A program made the position numbers and the translations under genes. Below the pieces are notes generated by a model that saw nothing but the letters and a program-made list of their open reading frames with translations, was not told the origin of the DNA and made no database searches. A stretch of 39,269 nucleotides of DNA from a virus. Shown one piece after another: positions 26,024-33,905 of the stretch. Position 1 is the first letter of the stretch, and every line of letters begins with the position of its first letter. The stretch lies in IMG/VR virus record IMGVR_UViG_3300045988_084518; one strand, written 5' to 3'.

Positions 26024-26315
26024 CTTTGTCCTCCCTGCATTCTCCATAGCTGCAGAAATCCTCCGGCGAAACCTCCATAAAAGTAACACCACAAATCAAG
26101 AAACCATTAGAATTAACCGTTGCATTTTCAAGATATTTGCAGTCCTTACACCGCACCACGACCTCTGCGTCTACGGTTGGCATTTCCTCCACCGCGTCAG
26201 CAAGCGCACAAAAAGTTGCAAATCGTTTTGCAGCTCTTGCGTCAACAAGACATTCTGCCAGGTCGGTCTTTTCGTTAAATTTTTCAATCAAAGCGTCACC
26301 ATCAATCAGCCGCAT
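26016..26315 (-). CDS. Hypothetical Cys-containing protein (99 aa)
   Basis: Start at ATG 26315 (GGAGGTGG). Sequence MRLIDGDALIEKF...CKDCKY...C. The N-terminus is related in pattern to the upstream gene. Confidence 0.5.
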   Translation of the reverse strand: MRLIDGDALIEKFNEKTDLAECLVDARAAKRFATFCALADAVEEMPTVDAEVVVRCKDCKYLENATVNSNGFLICGVTFMEVSPEDFCSYGECREDKDG

Positions 26316-26676
26316 CGTTTCCACCTCCGTCCTTAATGTCCATTTTCGCCCCGCAGTTGGGGCAGCAGTTTGACAGCACAAAATTGTCGTTGCAGTCGTA
26401 TACAGCTTCCTCTTTACAGGAAGAGCAGATATATCCGCCAATCGGGTCATACCCCGCAAGTTCTGGTTGCCACCCAGTCATTTCGCTTTCGCGTACAGGC
26501 TGCCACCGCCCATACACCACCGGCGCAACATCTTCCGTGGGAAGTGCTTTAATGCGGTTTGCCAGTTCTATGCAATCGTCAACAGTGTCAAGGCTATATC
26601 TCCCACCGTCTATTGCATCGTGTCCATACTGTTTGATTAGTGATATTGCTGCTTCCCGGTCTATGTATTCAGCCAT
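26302..26676 (-). CDS. Hypothetical protein with a C-terminal zinc ribbon (124 aa)
   Basis: GGAGG RBS. Contains CSSC...CPNCGAKMD. Confidence 0.55.
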   Translation of the reverse strand: MAEYIDREAAISLIKQYGHDAIDGGRYSLDTVDDCIELANRIKALPTEDVAPVVYGRWQPVRESEMTGWQPELAGYDPIGGYICSSCKEEAVYDCNDNFVLSNCCPNCGAKMDIKDGGGNDAAD

Positions 26677-27055
26677 TGTTATCCTCCTGTTCCAGTTTAA
26701 TATCCCCGCTGCTCACGGCGGATACCATATCGCACATGTGCTTAATTTCCTGTTCGTCAAGGCCTAATATATCCGGCTCCCCATCGCTGTTGATGCCTTC
26801 TTTCAAAAGCACAATGTTACCCAAAATAGGGATGCAATGCCTATCAAACCCGTACAAAAAACTACCGAAAACGTTTATCGGGAGATTACGAAGCATCCCT
26901 TCTTCGTTGACTATCATGCAGTAAGTCTGCTCCAATCGCATCGGGTGCACGATTTCAATCCACCCACCGACAGCATCACCGATGCTCTTGTGTGCAGGCT
27001 TGGAAAACTCCTGCACCCGCATCTCGTTCTTTGTTGTGATTACAATTCCTTTCAT
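26669..27055 (-). CDS. DUF3846-like protein (128 aa)
   Basis: Start at ATG 27055. The VGGWIEIV...MIVNEEG...GNIVLL pattern matches my recollection of DUF3846. Confidence 0.45.
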   Translation of the reverse strand: MKGIVITTKNEMRVQEFSKPAHKSIGDAVGGWIEIVHPMRLEQTYCMIVNEEGMLRNLPINVFGSFLYGFDRHCIPILGNIVLLKEGINSDGEPDILGLDEQEIKHMCDMVSAVSSGDIKLEQEDNNG

Positions 27056-27231
27056 TGCTCTACCTCCCTTTTTCGCTTCACTCGGTAGCATAGTTTTCCG
27101 CACCGTTCACAGACTGCGTAATTTGTGTGGTACTTCCCGCCGTGCCGGTCGCTTCGGCGGCGCGATACCTGAACATACGCATACTTGTTCAGCTTGTGCA
27201 TACCAATTCGGCAAAGAAGCGGCTTTTTCAT
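27052..27231 (-). CDS. Small basic Cys-containing protein (59 aa)
   Basis: Start at ATG 27231 in a TGATG overlap with the upstream stop, GGAGG 7 nt upstream. Contains C...CERCGKLC. Confidence 0.45.
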   Translation of the reverse strand: MKKPLLCRIGMHKLNKYAYVQVSRRRSDRHGGKYHTNYAVCERCGKLCYRVKRKREVEQ

Positions 27232-27602
27232 CACTCTACCTCCTGCATCCAAAACTCGCGGCGGCAGGTGAAACATTTTGTATCGACTATTGCACAGCGC
27301 CCATATTCGTCCCTGTTGGTGGTGAAAATTGTGCACGGGCAGAGTTCCAAACAACCACCTCCGTCAATTTTTGCCTCCGGATACTGTTCCAGAAAAACGC
27401 TCTGCCGTGTCTTGACTGGGTGTTCCTTCGACCATTTTTCAACAATCGCAACAGCATCGGTGGTCTTTGTCCCGTAATTCACAATCACGTCAGAAAACAT
27501 ACAACTTTGGCGATTGATAAGCGCAGGGCACCCAACGCAAGCAACATGCGAGAAAAACCTACACATCCTTCTTGTTTCTTCAAGATATCTTACTGCGTCC
27601 AT
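27231..27602 (-). CDS. Cys-rich hypothetical protein (123 aa)
   Basis: GGAGGTG RBS. Eleven Cys residues, including CVGC, CLELCPC and CFTC. Confidence 0.55.
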   Translation of the reverse strand: MDAVRYLEETRRMCRFFSHVACVGCPALINRQSCMFSDVIVNYGTKTTDAVAIVEKWSKEHPVKTRQSVFLEQYPEAKIDGGGCLELCPCTIFTTNRDEYGRCAIVDTKCFTCRREFWMQEVE

Positions 27603-27808
27603 TCAGCACCTCCAAAGTTCTCAAGATAATAATTCTTTCCGTCCTGCCATCCCTTGTAGTAGGCGGCTTGTTCTCGCTCCGCAGCTTCTTCGGCGGTCAC
27701 TTCCGCCTGTGCCATCGACTGTTGCGCCAATATGTACTCCCAGCCCATGTACCACAGCAGCAGCCCTGCACACACAACGATCAGGATTACCGCAAGCCAA
27801 TGTTTCAA
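27590..27808 (-). CDS. Small membrane protein (72 aa), TTG start
   Basis: N-terminal TM WLAVILIVVCAGLLLWYMGW. The TTG start overlaps the upstream TGA (TTGA). Confidence 0.45.
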   Translation of the reverse strand: MKHWLAVILIVVCAGLLLWYMGWEYILAQQSMAQAEVTAEEAAEREQAAYYKGWQDGKNYYLENFGGAEWTQ

Positions 27809-28407
27809 TATCCTTCCCCCCTAAACCCAAAAAACTTTGTAACCTTGGGGATCGTGTCAAGCAGCTTGCCGTCCACGGTCACCAGCGCAGCGTAGCCACG
27901 GCCAAGCCAGCCCTTGCGCCATATCTCTCTGGCCTCGTAATAGTCGACATTCTCCCTGCGCTCGTTTGTCTTTCCGCAGATTCGGATCTCGATGTCGATT
28001 TTCCCCGGCTTCCGCTTGATGCGGTTCTCAACCTTGTTGTACTTGCCTTCTGAAACGGCCTTCTGGTAGCAGACCTTGGAGCAAAACTTCGCAGCTTCAT
28101 GGCCGAAAAACTTCTTCCCGCAGTATCCGCAGGTCACCTCGACCATTTTTCTTTGTGCGCTTTTCCTTGCGTACTCCGATTTCATCTTTCGCCCGCACTC
28201 TTTGCAGTACATCGCCTTCGGGTTTGCAGTCCCTACAGGCTTACCGCAAATCTTGCACGGCCTGTTTTTATCTCGTTCCACACCGCACTTGACGATGGTC
28301 GATCTGACGGAGCTTTCCTTGATGCCCAAAATCTCTGCGATTTCCTTGTTTGACTTGTTTTCCCGCACCAGTCTTTCAACCAGCGCAATCCTCTCCGCTG
28401 ACGGCAT
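27805..28407 (-). CDS. HTH (LuxR/sigma-r4-like) protein with two CxxC...CxxC zinc ribbons (200 aa)
   Basis: Start at ATG 28407 (GGAGGTGG); the track start is a TTG without an SD. Contains NKEIAEILGIKESSVRSTI, then CKIC...CKEC and CGYC...CSKVC. Confidence 0.55.
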   Translation of the reverse strand: MPSAERIALVERLVRENKSNKEIAEILGIKESSVRSTIVKCGVERDKNRPCKICGKPVGTANPKAMYCKECGRKMKSEYARKSAQRKMVEVTCGYCGKKFFGHEAAKFCSKVCYQKAVSEGKYNKVENRIKRKPGKIDIEIRICGKTNERRENVDYYEAREIWRKGWLGRGYAALVTVDGKLLDTIPKVTKFFGFRGEGY

Positions 28408-28528
28408 CCTCTCCACCTCCTGTCGCTTTTCTGATTCTCTCCACGGCAGCGTTCCACCGCTTGATAAATTCTTCGGCGCTTTGCCCCTCAAAAGTAGGCT
28501 TCTGCCGTTTTATTTCCTTCTGTCCCAT
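28376..28528 (-). CDS. Possible 50-aa ORF coupled to rusA (absent from the track)
   Basis: TAATG overlap with the RusA stop. Translates to MGQKEIKRQKPTFEGQSAEEFIKRWNAAVERIRKATGGGEDAVSGEDCAG. It overlaps the next gene's start by 32 nt. Confidence 0.3.
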   Translation of the reverse strand: MGQKEIKRQKPTFEGQSAEEFIKRWNAAVERIRKATGGGEDAVSGEDCAG

Positions 28529-28869
28529 TAGCGCATCTCCTCGATTGTTATTTCCGTCCTCGGATTTTTTCTGTCGTACTCTCCCCGCAGCCGCAGCTCG
28601 ACATGGTCAAAGCTGTCGTCTGCGATAACGCCTCGGTCGGTCAGGCCATCCATCAGCATCTTGCCGTTATAGTTATCTGGGTCATGCCGATGGCGTGTGG
28701 GAAAGTAGTAGGTGATGGTCACTATGGCCTTGTCCACCGGCTTTTGCTTTTTGCAGTATGCTCGCATCAGGCCAATCCATCTCTGCTTTTCAGCACGGTA
28801 CTCCCAGCCATTCATCCGTCCTGCGTACTTGTTCAGCGATGGTGGGATTTCTGGGATTGTGATTTTCAT
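28528..28869 (-). CDS. rusA: RusA-family Holliday junction resolvase
   Basis: PPSLNKY..., DPDNYNGKMLMDGLTDRGVIADD and a length of 113 aa are typical of RusA. Confidence 0.85.
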   Translation of the reverse strand: MKITIPEIPPSLNKYAGRMNGWEYRAEKQRWIGLMRAYCKKQKPVDKAIVTITYYFPTRHRHDPDNYNGKMLMDGLTDRGVIADDSFDHVELRLRGEYDRKNPRTEITIEEMR

Positions 28870-29681
28870 AAGCCACCAGTACAGACTTCATTCATTGTGA
28901 TTTGATTTTCAAGGTATTCCAAACCCGAAAGCATTTCTTCCTTTGCTCTTTGGTAGAATTCCTTGTCTACCTCAAACCCGTATGCTTTTCTCCCAATTTC
29001 AGCGGCTGCTCGTAATGTGGATCCACTCCCAGCGCAAGGATCTATCACAACATCGCCCTGGTCTGTGAATATTTCAATAAGTCTTTTCAAAACACGAATC
29101 GGTTTTTGCGTTGGGTGTATTTTGGGGTACTCTCTTGCGTTGTCCCGTTCCCACTTGAACCAGTCAAAAACCATGTGGCGCTTTCCGTCTTCTCCAATGT
29201 TCCTGAATTTTGGTAGTTTATCCCTGTACAAAACAACTGCGAATTCAGTTGCACCGACAATTTTCATGTTCGCTTTAAGGACTTGTGGAGAATAATTTTT
29301 CACAAAAAACAATGGGAAACTATTTTTGAATCCGTATTTTATTCCGTATTCAATTACCGTTTGCATTTGGTCAAATGCGCAAAACACGATCATCGCCGGA
29401 GCTGAATTCTTTTCCCTCGGTTCTTTTATAAGCATTTTGCTGCAAAAGTGCATAAACTCTGGTATCTTAAATTTCCCATCAGAATTGAAAAATGCTTTTT
29501 TGGCAAACTTACTTTCACCGTTTGAATTGTCCCCGCCGTTGTACCAGTTTGGATTACTTGCATATGCATCAACACCAATGTTGTACGGAATGTCTGCTAT
29601 TACAAGTTGCGCTTTCGGGATATTGTATCTTTTGTAATTTTGAAAATTATCGTGATATAATTCAGCCGTTACTTTGCTCAT
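28866..29681 (-). CDS. DNA methyltransferase, beta-class N6A/N4C (motif IV before motif I), orphan
   Basis: ADIPYNIG (DPPY-like motif IV) is N-terminal and VIDPCAGSGSTLRAA (motif I) is C-terminal. No adjacent endonuclease. By eye it is AT-richer than its flanks. Confidence 0.85.
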   Translation of the reverse strand: MSKVTAELYHDNFQNYKRYNIPKAQLVIADIPYNIGVDAYASNPNWYNGGDNSNGESKFAKKAFFNSDGKFKIPEFMHFCSKMLIKEPREKNSAPAMIVFCAFDQMQTVIEYGIKYGFKNSFPLFFVKNYSPQVLKANMKIVGATEFAVVLYRDKLPKFRNIGEDGKRHMVFDWFKWERDNAREYPKIHPTQKPIRVLKRLIEIFTDQGDVVIDPCAGSGSTLRAAAEIGRKAYGFEVDKEFYQRAKEEMLSGLEYLENQITMNEVCTGGL

Positions 29682-30259
29682 GCGTTCTCCTCCATCATGC
29701 GCTGTGCTAGCCCTATGTCATAGCTGGGCAGCTGCTTCACCTGTGCTGCTCCCGTCAGCTTTTGGCGCACCTCTGCGGGCATTGCCAGCAGCTTCCGCTC
29801 GCTTTCCGCCCTTGCCCGGTAGGCCCGCAGGAAGTTGGACTGTACCACGCTCTGGACGGTGCCGGCATCCATCATCGCCCACTCACGGAGCTGTGACGGA
29901 TGGCCTACAAGTCGTTGCAGCGTCTCCGGCAATGCAGCAAATTCCTGCTCGCTGCCGTAGCCGCCGTTTCGCAGTGCCTTTGCAATCATCGCCCACGCTT
30001 CGCCTTCCGTCAGCTCGGCTGGCTTGCTGACCTCGCCGATGGATGCGATAATCGCCCCGATGTGCGGAGGGAATCCCTTGCGGTCGCTGGCAATGTGGGA
30101 CTTAACCGCCGCTGCCACAAGGTTAGCCGGGTAGTCTGCAAGCATCTCCGACCACAGGTTCACCACCGCTTCGGCATCCTGCCGTTTCATGTCCCTGTAG
30201 TAGCCGGGGTATGCAGCCTTCAAAATCGACATGATGGCAAGTGTTTCAGAACGGTTCAT
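29678..30259 (-). CDS. G39P-like replicative helicase loader/inhibitor (193 aa)
   Basis: Start at ATG 30259 (GGAGGAGGG). SILKAAYPGYY...VVNLWSEMLADYP...FPPHIGAII matches the SPP1 G39P-type pattern as I recall it. Confidence 0.5.
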   Translation of the reverse strand: MNRSETLAIMSILKAAYPGYYRDMKRQDAEAVVNLWSEMLADYPANLVAAAVKSHIASDRKGFPPHIGAIIASIGEVSKPAELTEGEAWAMIAKALRNGGYGSEQEFAALPETLQRLVGHPSQLREWAMMDAGTVQSVVQSNFLRAYRARAESERKLLAMPAEVRQKLTGAAQVKQLPSYDIGLAQRMMEENA

Positions 30260-30905
30260 GTTGTCCCTCCTCCTGCAGCATTTGCAAAAATACATTGTCT
30301 GTCCCGCCAGCAGACTTGTCGCCTTTCAACGGGTAAACATCCTGCCAGCAGCGCTTAACGCTCTGATCGAGAATAAGTCCCTTGGTGTGGTTGTCCCCCG
30401 GTGCCAGCCGTTCCAGCTCATTCAGGATCATCTTTGCGGCACGGTCAGTGAGGGGCTTTTTGATTTTCTTGCGCATCTCACAAAAGCCGTTCCAGTTCTC
30501 CATCAAGGCTTCCGGGACATCCACACGCCCCCTTGGGGGGGTAGGGGGGGTATTATTCCCAGAGGGAATATTTTCTTTGTCTTTGTCTTTGTCTTTGTCT
30601 TTGTCTTGGCTTTTCTGGGTTTTTGAAAAACCCGCTGGGTTTTTTGGGTTACCTTGGGTTTTCTTCGGCCTACCGCCCTTGGAACCGTTTTCCCTGCTTG
30701 TTTTGGCTCTTCCTTCGCATTCAGCAGCCATCCGGTCTATTTGCAACTTTGCTACCGGCCATATAAAACGCTCGTTTCCCCGGAAATCGGGGGCTGCGCC
30801 CGTCTCTGCATATTTCAGCATAGCCGTGAACAGCCGCCCTCTCTCCGCATCTCCGAGTTCCTCCATGGCATCTGCAAAGTCTGTAAAGACTTTAAGGTAC
30901 TTCAT
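30246..30905 (-). CDS. Replisome organiser / DnaD-like replication initiation protein (219 aa)
   Basis: N-terminus MKYLKVFTDFADAMEELGDAERGRLFTAMLKYAETG. A low-complexity basic linker contains (DK)5. Conserved C-terminal module. Position upstream of the loader. Confidence 0.5.
   Translation of the reverse strand: MKYLKVFTDFADAMEELGDAERGRLFTAMLKYAETGAAPDFRGNERFIWPVAKLQIDRMAAECEGRAKTSRENGSKGGRPKKTQGNPKNPAGFSKTQKSQDKDKDKDKDKENIPSGNNTPPTPPRGRVDVPEALMENWNGFCEMRKKIKKPLTDRAAKMILNELERLAPGDNHTKGLILDQSVKRCWQDVYPLKGDKSAGGTDNVFLQMLQEEGQHEPF
30526..30665. promoter_or_regulatory. Candidate origin of replication inside the organiser gene linker
   Basis: Two G7 runs (30535-41, 30544-50). IR ATTCCC-AGA-GGGAAT (30555-69). 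(CTTTGT)5.5 repeat. 17-nt palindrome GGGTTTTT-G-AAAAACCC (30617-33). TGGGTT iterons at 30616, 30636, 30645 and 30655. Confidence 0.45.
30575..30607. repeat. Hexanucleotide tandem repeat (CTTTGT) x5.5, encoding (DK)5 on the minus strand
   Basis: Read directly from the sequence. Confidence 0.9.
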
Positions 30906-30945
30906 GGGTTGTCCTCCTGTCGCTTTTTACTGGGAAGCGTAACCC

Positions 30946-31341
30946 TCAATTAAAAGGGAGGTCGTTCTCGTCCTCGATTTGTTCAAACTGGTCTGTTTTG
31001 ACCTCTGTGGGCTTTTCTGATGCGCTGGTGGTATTCTTGCTGCCGCCAAACAGAACCTCCTCTGCGATGATTTCTGTGGCCGTGCGCTTGTTGCCGTCCT
31101 TATCCTCATAGCTGCGAACTTCGATGCGTCCGACAATGGTGATAAGGTCGCCCTTGCCGAACCACTGGTTCACGAATTCGGCGGTCTTGTTCCATGTCAC
31201 GATTGGGATGAAGTCTGTTTTCTCCCGGTCGCGGTTTCGGTCTACCGCAATGGTAAAGCTGCACACATTCTTGCCGCTGTTGGTCTGTTTCAGTTCGGGG
31301 GCTTTCGTCAGCCGCCCGTTAAGGATTGCTTTGTTCAGCAT
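30946..31341 (-). CDS. ssb: Single-stranded DNA-binding protein (131 aa)
   Basis: Start at ATG 31341 (GGAGG). OB-fold pattern MLNKAILNGRLTKAPELKQT...TDFIPIVTWNKTAEF... and an acidic tail ending DENDLPF. Confidence 0.9.
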   Translation of the reverse strand: MLNKAILNGRLTKAPELKQTNSGKNVCSFTIAVDRNRDREKTDFIPIVTWNKTAEFVNQWFGKGDLITIVGRIEVRSYEDKDGNKRTATEIIAEEVLFGGSKNTTSASEKPTEVKTDQFEQIEDENDLPFN

Positions 31342-31673
31342 TCTGTTTCCTCCAAATAGTTGGTGTAGAATTCCTCCCGGAACATCGGGATCGTGAAATC
31401 GTAGTTGTCGATACAGGCTTGCTCGCCCAGCCGGTGCAGCCAGTCCATCACCTCGGCACAGCTGTGTGCGTGTGTCAGGTGGCACGGCGTGTGGCACAGG
31501 GAAACCCAAAGGCCCATGCGCTTGCTTTTGCTCCGCATGGCGTTGCCGAAGATTTCATGCCGGTCGAGCTTTACGCCGGAGCGCTGGCACAAAAAGCACT
31601 TGGACGTGTCGGCCTGCACGATGCTCGGAGCGTAACCGTTTCGGTCAAGCTCTGCGCCCCATTCGTTTTTCAC
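31335..31673 (-). CDS. Cys/His-rich protein (112 aa), possibly an HNH-type zinc-binding nuclease
   Basis: GTG start in a GTGA overlap, with GGGAGGTG upstream. Contains CFLC...HEIFG...LCHTPCH. Confidence 0.35.
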   Translation of the reverse strand: MKNEWGAELDRNGYAPSIVQADTSKCFLCQRSGVKLDRHEIFGNAMRSKSKRMGLWVSLCHTPCHLTHAHSCAEVMDWLHRLGEQACIDNYDFTIPMFREEFYTNYLEETEC

Positions 31674-32017
31674 CCGTCACACCTCCCAGCCTGTCCCCAT
31701 TCTCTTCCGATTTGGTTATCGATGATCCTGATTTGCAGTTTAAGGCTGTTGATGGCTTCCAAGTTCGCCTTGTAGACTGCTTCGGCAACATCTCGCTTAA
31801 ACCGTGCTTCTGCAACGCTTGGTATCCCGTAGCAGGTCTTGTCGATCAGGCCGATGGCAACACCTTCGTCTTTCAGCTTTAAGCACTCGGTGCGGAGAAG
31901 GACTTTATAGTCCCGCTCCGCAGCAGCATACTCGCTTCCCGAATTTCGCAAGGTCTTAACGGATGTATTAAGCTGTGCCGATTTCTGTTGTAGCTCGGTC
32001 CACAGGTCAAGCTCCAT
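31670..32017 (-). CDS. Coiled-coil hypothetical protein (115 aa)
   Basis: AAAGGAGG RBS. Helical heptad character. Lies next to the recombinase. Confidence 0.45.
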   Translation of the reverse strand: MELDLWTELQQKSAQLNTSVKTLRNSGSEYAAAERDYKVLLRTECLKLKDEGVAIGLIDKTCYGIPSVAEARFKRDVAEAVYKANLEAINSLKLQIRIIDNQIGREWGQAGRCDG

Positions 32018-32705
32018 TCTTTTCGGCCTCCTTTGCGGCTTTCATACACGGACCGCACAAATGCCGTCCGAACATTTTCTCGGTGTATGGGACAATCTCC
32101 CGGACATACCATGTAGACCCGTCTCTTTTGGTGATCGGGACGATCGGTTTCCCGCAGTCAGCGCAGATTTCCGTGATGTCCTCTCCGGCATCTCCCGGTT
32201 GACCAAAGCTAAATACGATGTTTCCGTTTTTGTCTGCGACCGTCAGGTAGGTGATGCGCTCTCCGGTTACCTCCATTTCGGCTACGGTAAATTTAGCCCA
32301 CTTGTCATTACTGTCTGCTGGTTCAAACTTTCCGTACTCATTCTTTTGGGTATTCATGGGGATGATGATATTTATCCTCGTGTAAAGTTCCCGGCCAATC
32401 CCCCAGTTAAAACAAGCCCTCTTAAAACTGTCGGAGCTTTCGCCCTTTTCCTTTTCGGTGTAACTTTCTGTCCCGCAATCGGCCTTCCACGCCCATCCGT
32501 CATCCGTTCTAATCCCGACACGGCAAAAAAGGTTTCCTTTGCACTCGTAATGTTCGCGCTGCCAGTTCTCCGGCCCAACCGTCTCATCCAAAATACGCAT
32601 ATCGCATCGTGCATCTTTGTAGCACAAAAGCACAGCCCCTCTGCTTGTGTATCGGTCTACACGGAGTTCTACTTCATCCGCCCGAAGCGGTCTAAATTTG
32701 GTCAT
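32007..32705 (-). CDS. Rad52/Sak-type single-strand annealing protein with a C-terminal zinc ribbon
   Basis: YKDARCDMRILDETVGPENWQ...GTESYTEKEKGESSDSFKRACFNWGIGRELY is the Rad52/22 signature. The C-terminus carries CADC...CGPC. Confidence 0.75.
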   Translation of the reverse strand: MTKFRPLRADEVELRVDRYTSRGAVLLCYKDARCDMRILDETVGPENWQREHYECKGNLFCRVGIRTDDGWAWKADCGTESYTEKEKGESSDSFKRACFNWGIGRELYTRINIIIPMNTQKNEYGKFEPADSNDKWAKFTVAEMEVTGERITYLTVADKNGNIVFSFGQPGDAGEDITEICADCGKPIVPITKRDGSTWYVREIVPYTEKMFGRHLCGPCMKAAKEAEKNGA

Positions 32706-32716
32706 TAAAATCCTCC

Positions 32717-32986
32717 TTAATACGGTCGTATATCCTGTTCTGCTTCTTCGAAATACTTGTCTCCATCAAGGTACGCGTCAATCTTCTTGATCTCTCCCGT
32801 CTCGTACTCATCGAGGAGGTCACTGATGTGGTCGTCAATGCACTGGTCACAGGATACGATTTCATCGGTCAAACGGCGCACATAGATGTCTCCGTGAATT
32901 TCCGCTTTGCAGACAGGGCAGTACCGATGCACCCAGTCCATGTAGTCGTCCGGCCAGATGGCATCCGGCACATATATCGGGGTCAT
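32717..32986 (-). CDS. Small zinc-finger hypothetical protein (89 aa)
   Basis: Contains CPVC...CDQC. ATGA coupling to the upstream gene. Confidence 0.5.
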   Translation of the reverse strand: MTPIYVPDAIWPDDYMDWVHRYCPVCKAEIHGDIYVRRLTDEIVSCDQCIDDHISDLLDEYETGEIKKIDAYLDGDKYFEEAEQDIRPY

Positions 32987-33891
32987 GCCTCAATCACCTC
33001 TCCATCCACGAGCTTATAAAACACGCCGGGCTTTATGGTCTCTCCGTCCACCTTTACCGCTCGCACCTCTTTAATGGGGTAAGTATCACCGTTCCAGCCA
33101 CCCCTATCGGTTAGGACAAGCCAGCATCCAATGGCGCCGGATGCCTTACTATCAACTCCGGTGACGATTGCAATAGACTCCTTTCCATCAACAGTGGCTG
33201 CGCTACAGTTGCCGGTGTTGGTGGCTGTGCTCCACTTGCCGGTGTTGGTGGCTGCGCTACGGTAGCCGGTGTTTGTGGCTGCGCTCCACTTGCCGGTGTT
33301 GGTGGCTGCGCTCCACTTGCCGGTGTTGGTGGCTGCGCTACAGTAGCCGGTGTTTGTGGCTGCGCTCCACTTGCCGGTGTTGGTGGCTGCGCTCCACTTG
33401 CCGGTGTTGGTGGCTGCGCTACAGTCGCCGGTGTTTGTGGCTGCGCTACAGTCGCCGGTGTTTGTGGCTGCGCTACAGTTGCCGGTGTTGGTGGCTGCGC
33501 TACAGTTGCCGGTGTTGGTGGCTGCGCTACAGTTGCCGGTGTTGGTGGCTGCGCTACAGTAGCCGGTCTGATTGTCGCTGCTTTCGGCTCTTTCCTTTAT
33601 GTACTCAACCGCAGCTTTTGCAATACCAGCGATACCGATCTCCGCCCGGAGCTTTATTTTCGTTCCGGCTCGCTTGCTGTCGCCTTTTGCTTCGTCCGTC
33701 ACACCGTCAAGATCGGCCTCGAAAAACCGGCTATTTGCAGGGTTGTAATAAGAGAACACATCCAGCGGGTATTCACATCCATGGAAACCTTTATTGCATA
33801 GTTCCGCTTCCCCCTCCACATATTCTTTGCCAAGCTCGAATTGGAAGCCTCGGCATTTCATATCCTTATCGGTGCCTTTGTACACCAACAC
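32983..33891 (-). CDS. DUF7666-like protein with 14 tandem 9-aa xxSAATNTG repeats (302 aa)
   Basis: GTG start with AAAGGAGG 8 nt upstream. N-terminus MLVYKGTDKDMKCRGFQFELGKEY...GFHGCEYPLDVFSYY. Repeat block, then C-terminus ...WLVLTDRG...VDGETIKPGVFYKLVDGEVIE. Confidence 0.6.
   Translation of the reverse strand: MLVYKGTDKDMKCRGFQFELGKEYVEGEAELCNKGFHGCEYPLDVFSYYNPANSRFFEADLDGVTDEAKGDSKRAGTKIKLRAEIGIAGIAKAAVEYIKERAESSDNQTGYCSAATNTGNCSAATNTGNCSAATNTGNCSAATNTGDCSAATNTGDCSAATNTGKWSAATNTGKWSAATNTGYCSAATNTGKWSAATNTGKWSAATNTGYRSAATNTGKWSTATNTGNCSAATVDGKESIAIVTGVDSKASGAIGCWLVLTDRGGWNGDTYPIKEVRAVKVDGETIKPGVFYKLVDGEVIEA
33184..33561. repeat. 27-bp tandem repeat array, 14 units, in-frame coding repeats
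   Basis: Units GCTGCGCT(A/C)CA(G/C)T(T/A/C)GCCGGTGTT(G/T)GTG are contiguous, with no spacers between them. Confidence 0.9.
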
Positions 33892-33905
33892 TTGACATTC
33901 CTCCT

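Noticed and set aside
30535-30550. Two G7 runs in the organiser gene as a phase-variation switch
   Set aside because: The runs are shorter than typical contingency tracts. They encode an in-frame TPPTPP linker and sit among other ori-like DNA structures, so I interpreted them as part of the candidate origin rather than an ON/OFF switch.
33184-33561. Regular 27-bp repeats that could be mistaken for a CRISPR array
   Set aside because: The units are directly contiguous with no spacers, they stay in frame within a 302-codon gene, and there are no cas genes. It is a coding tandem repeat.
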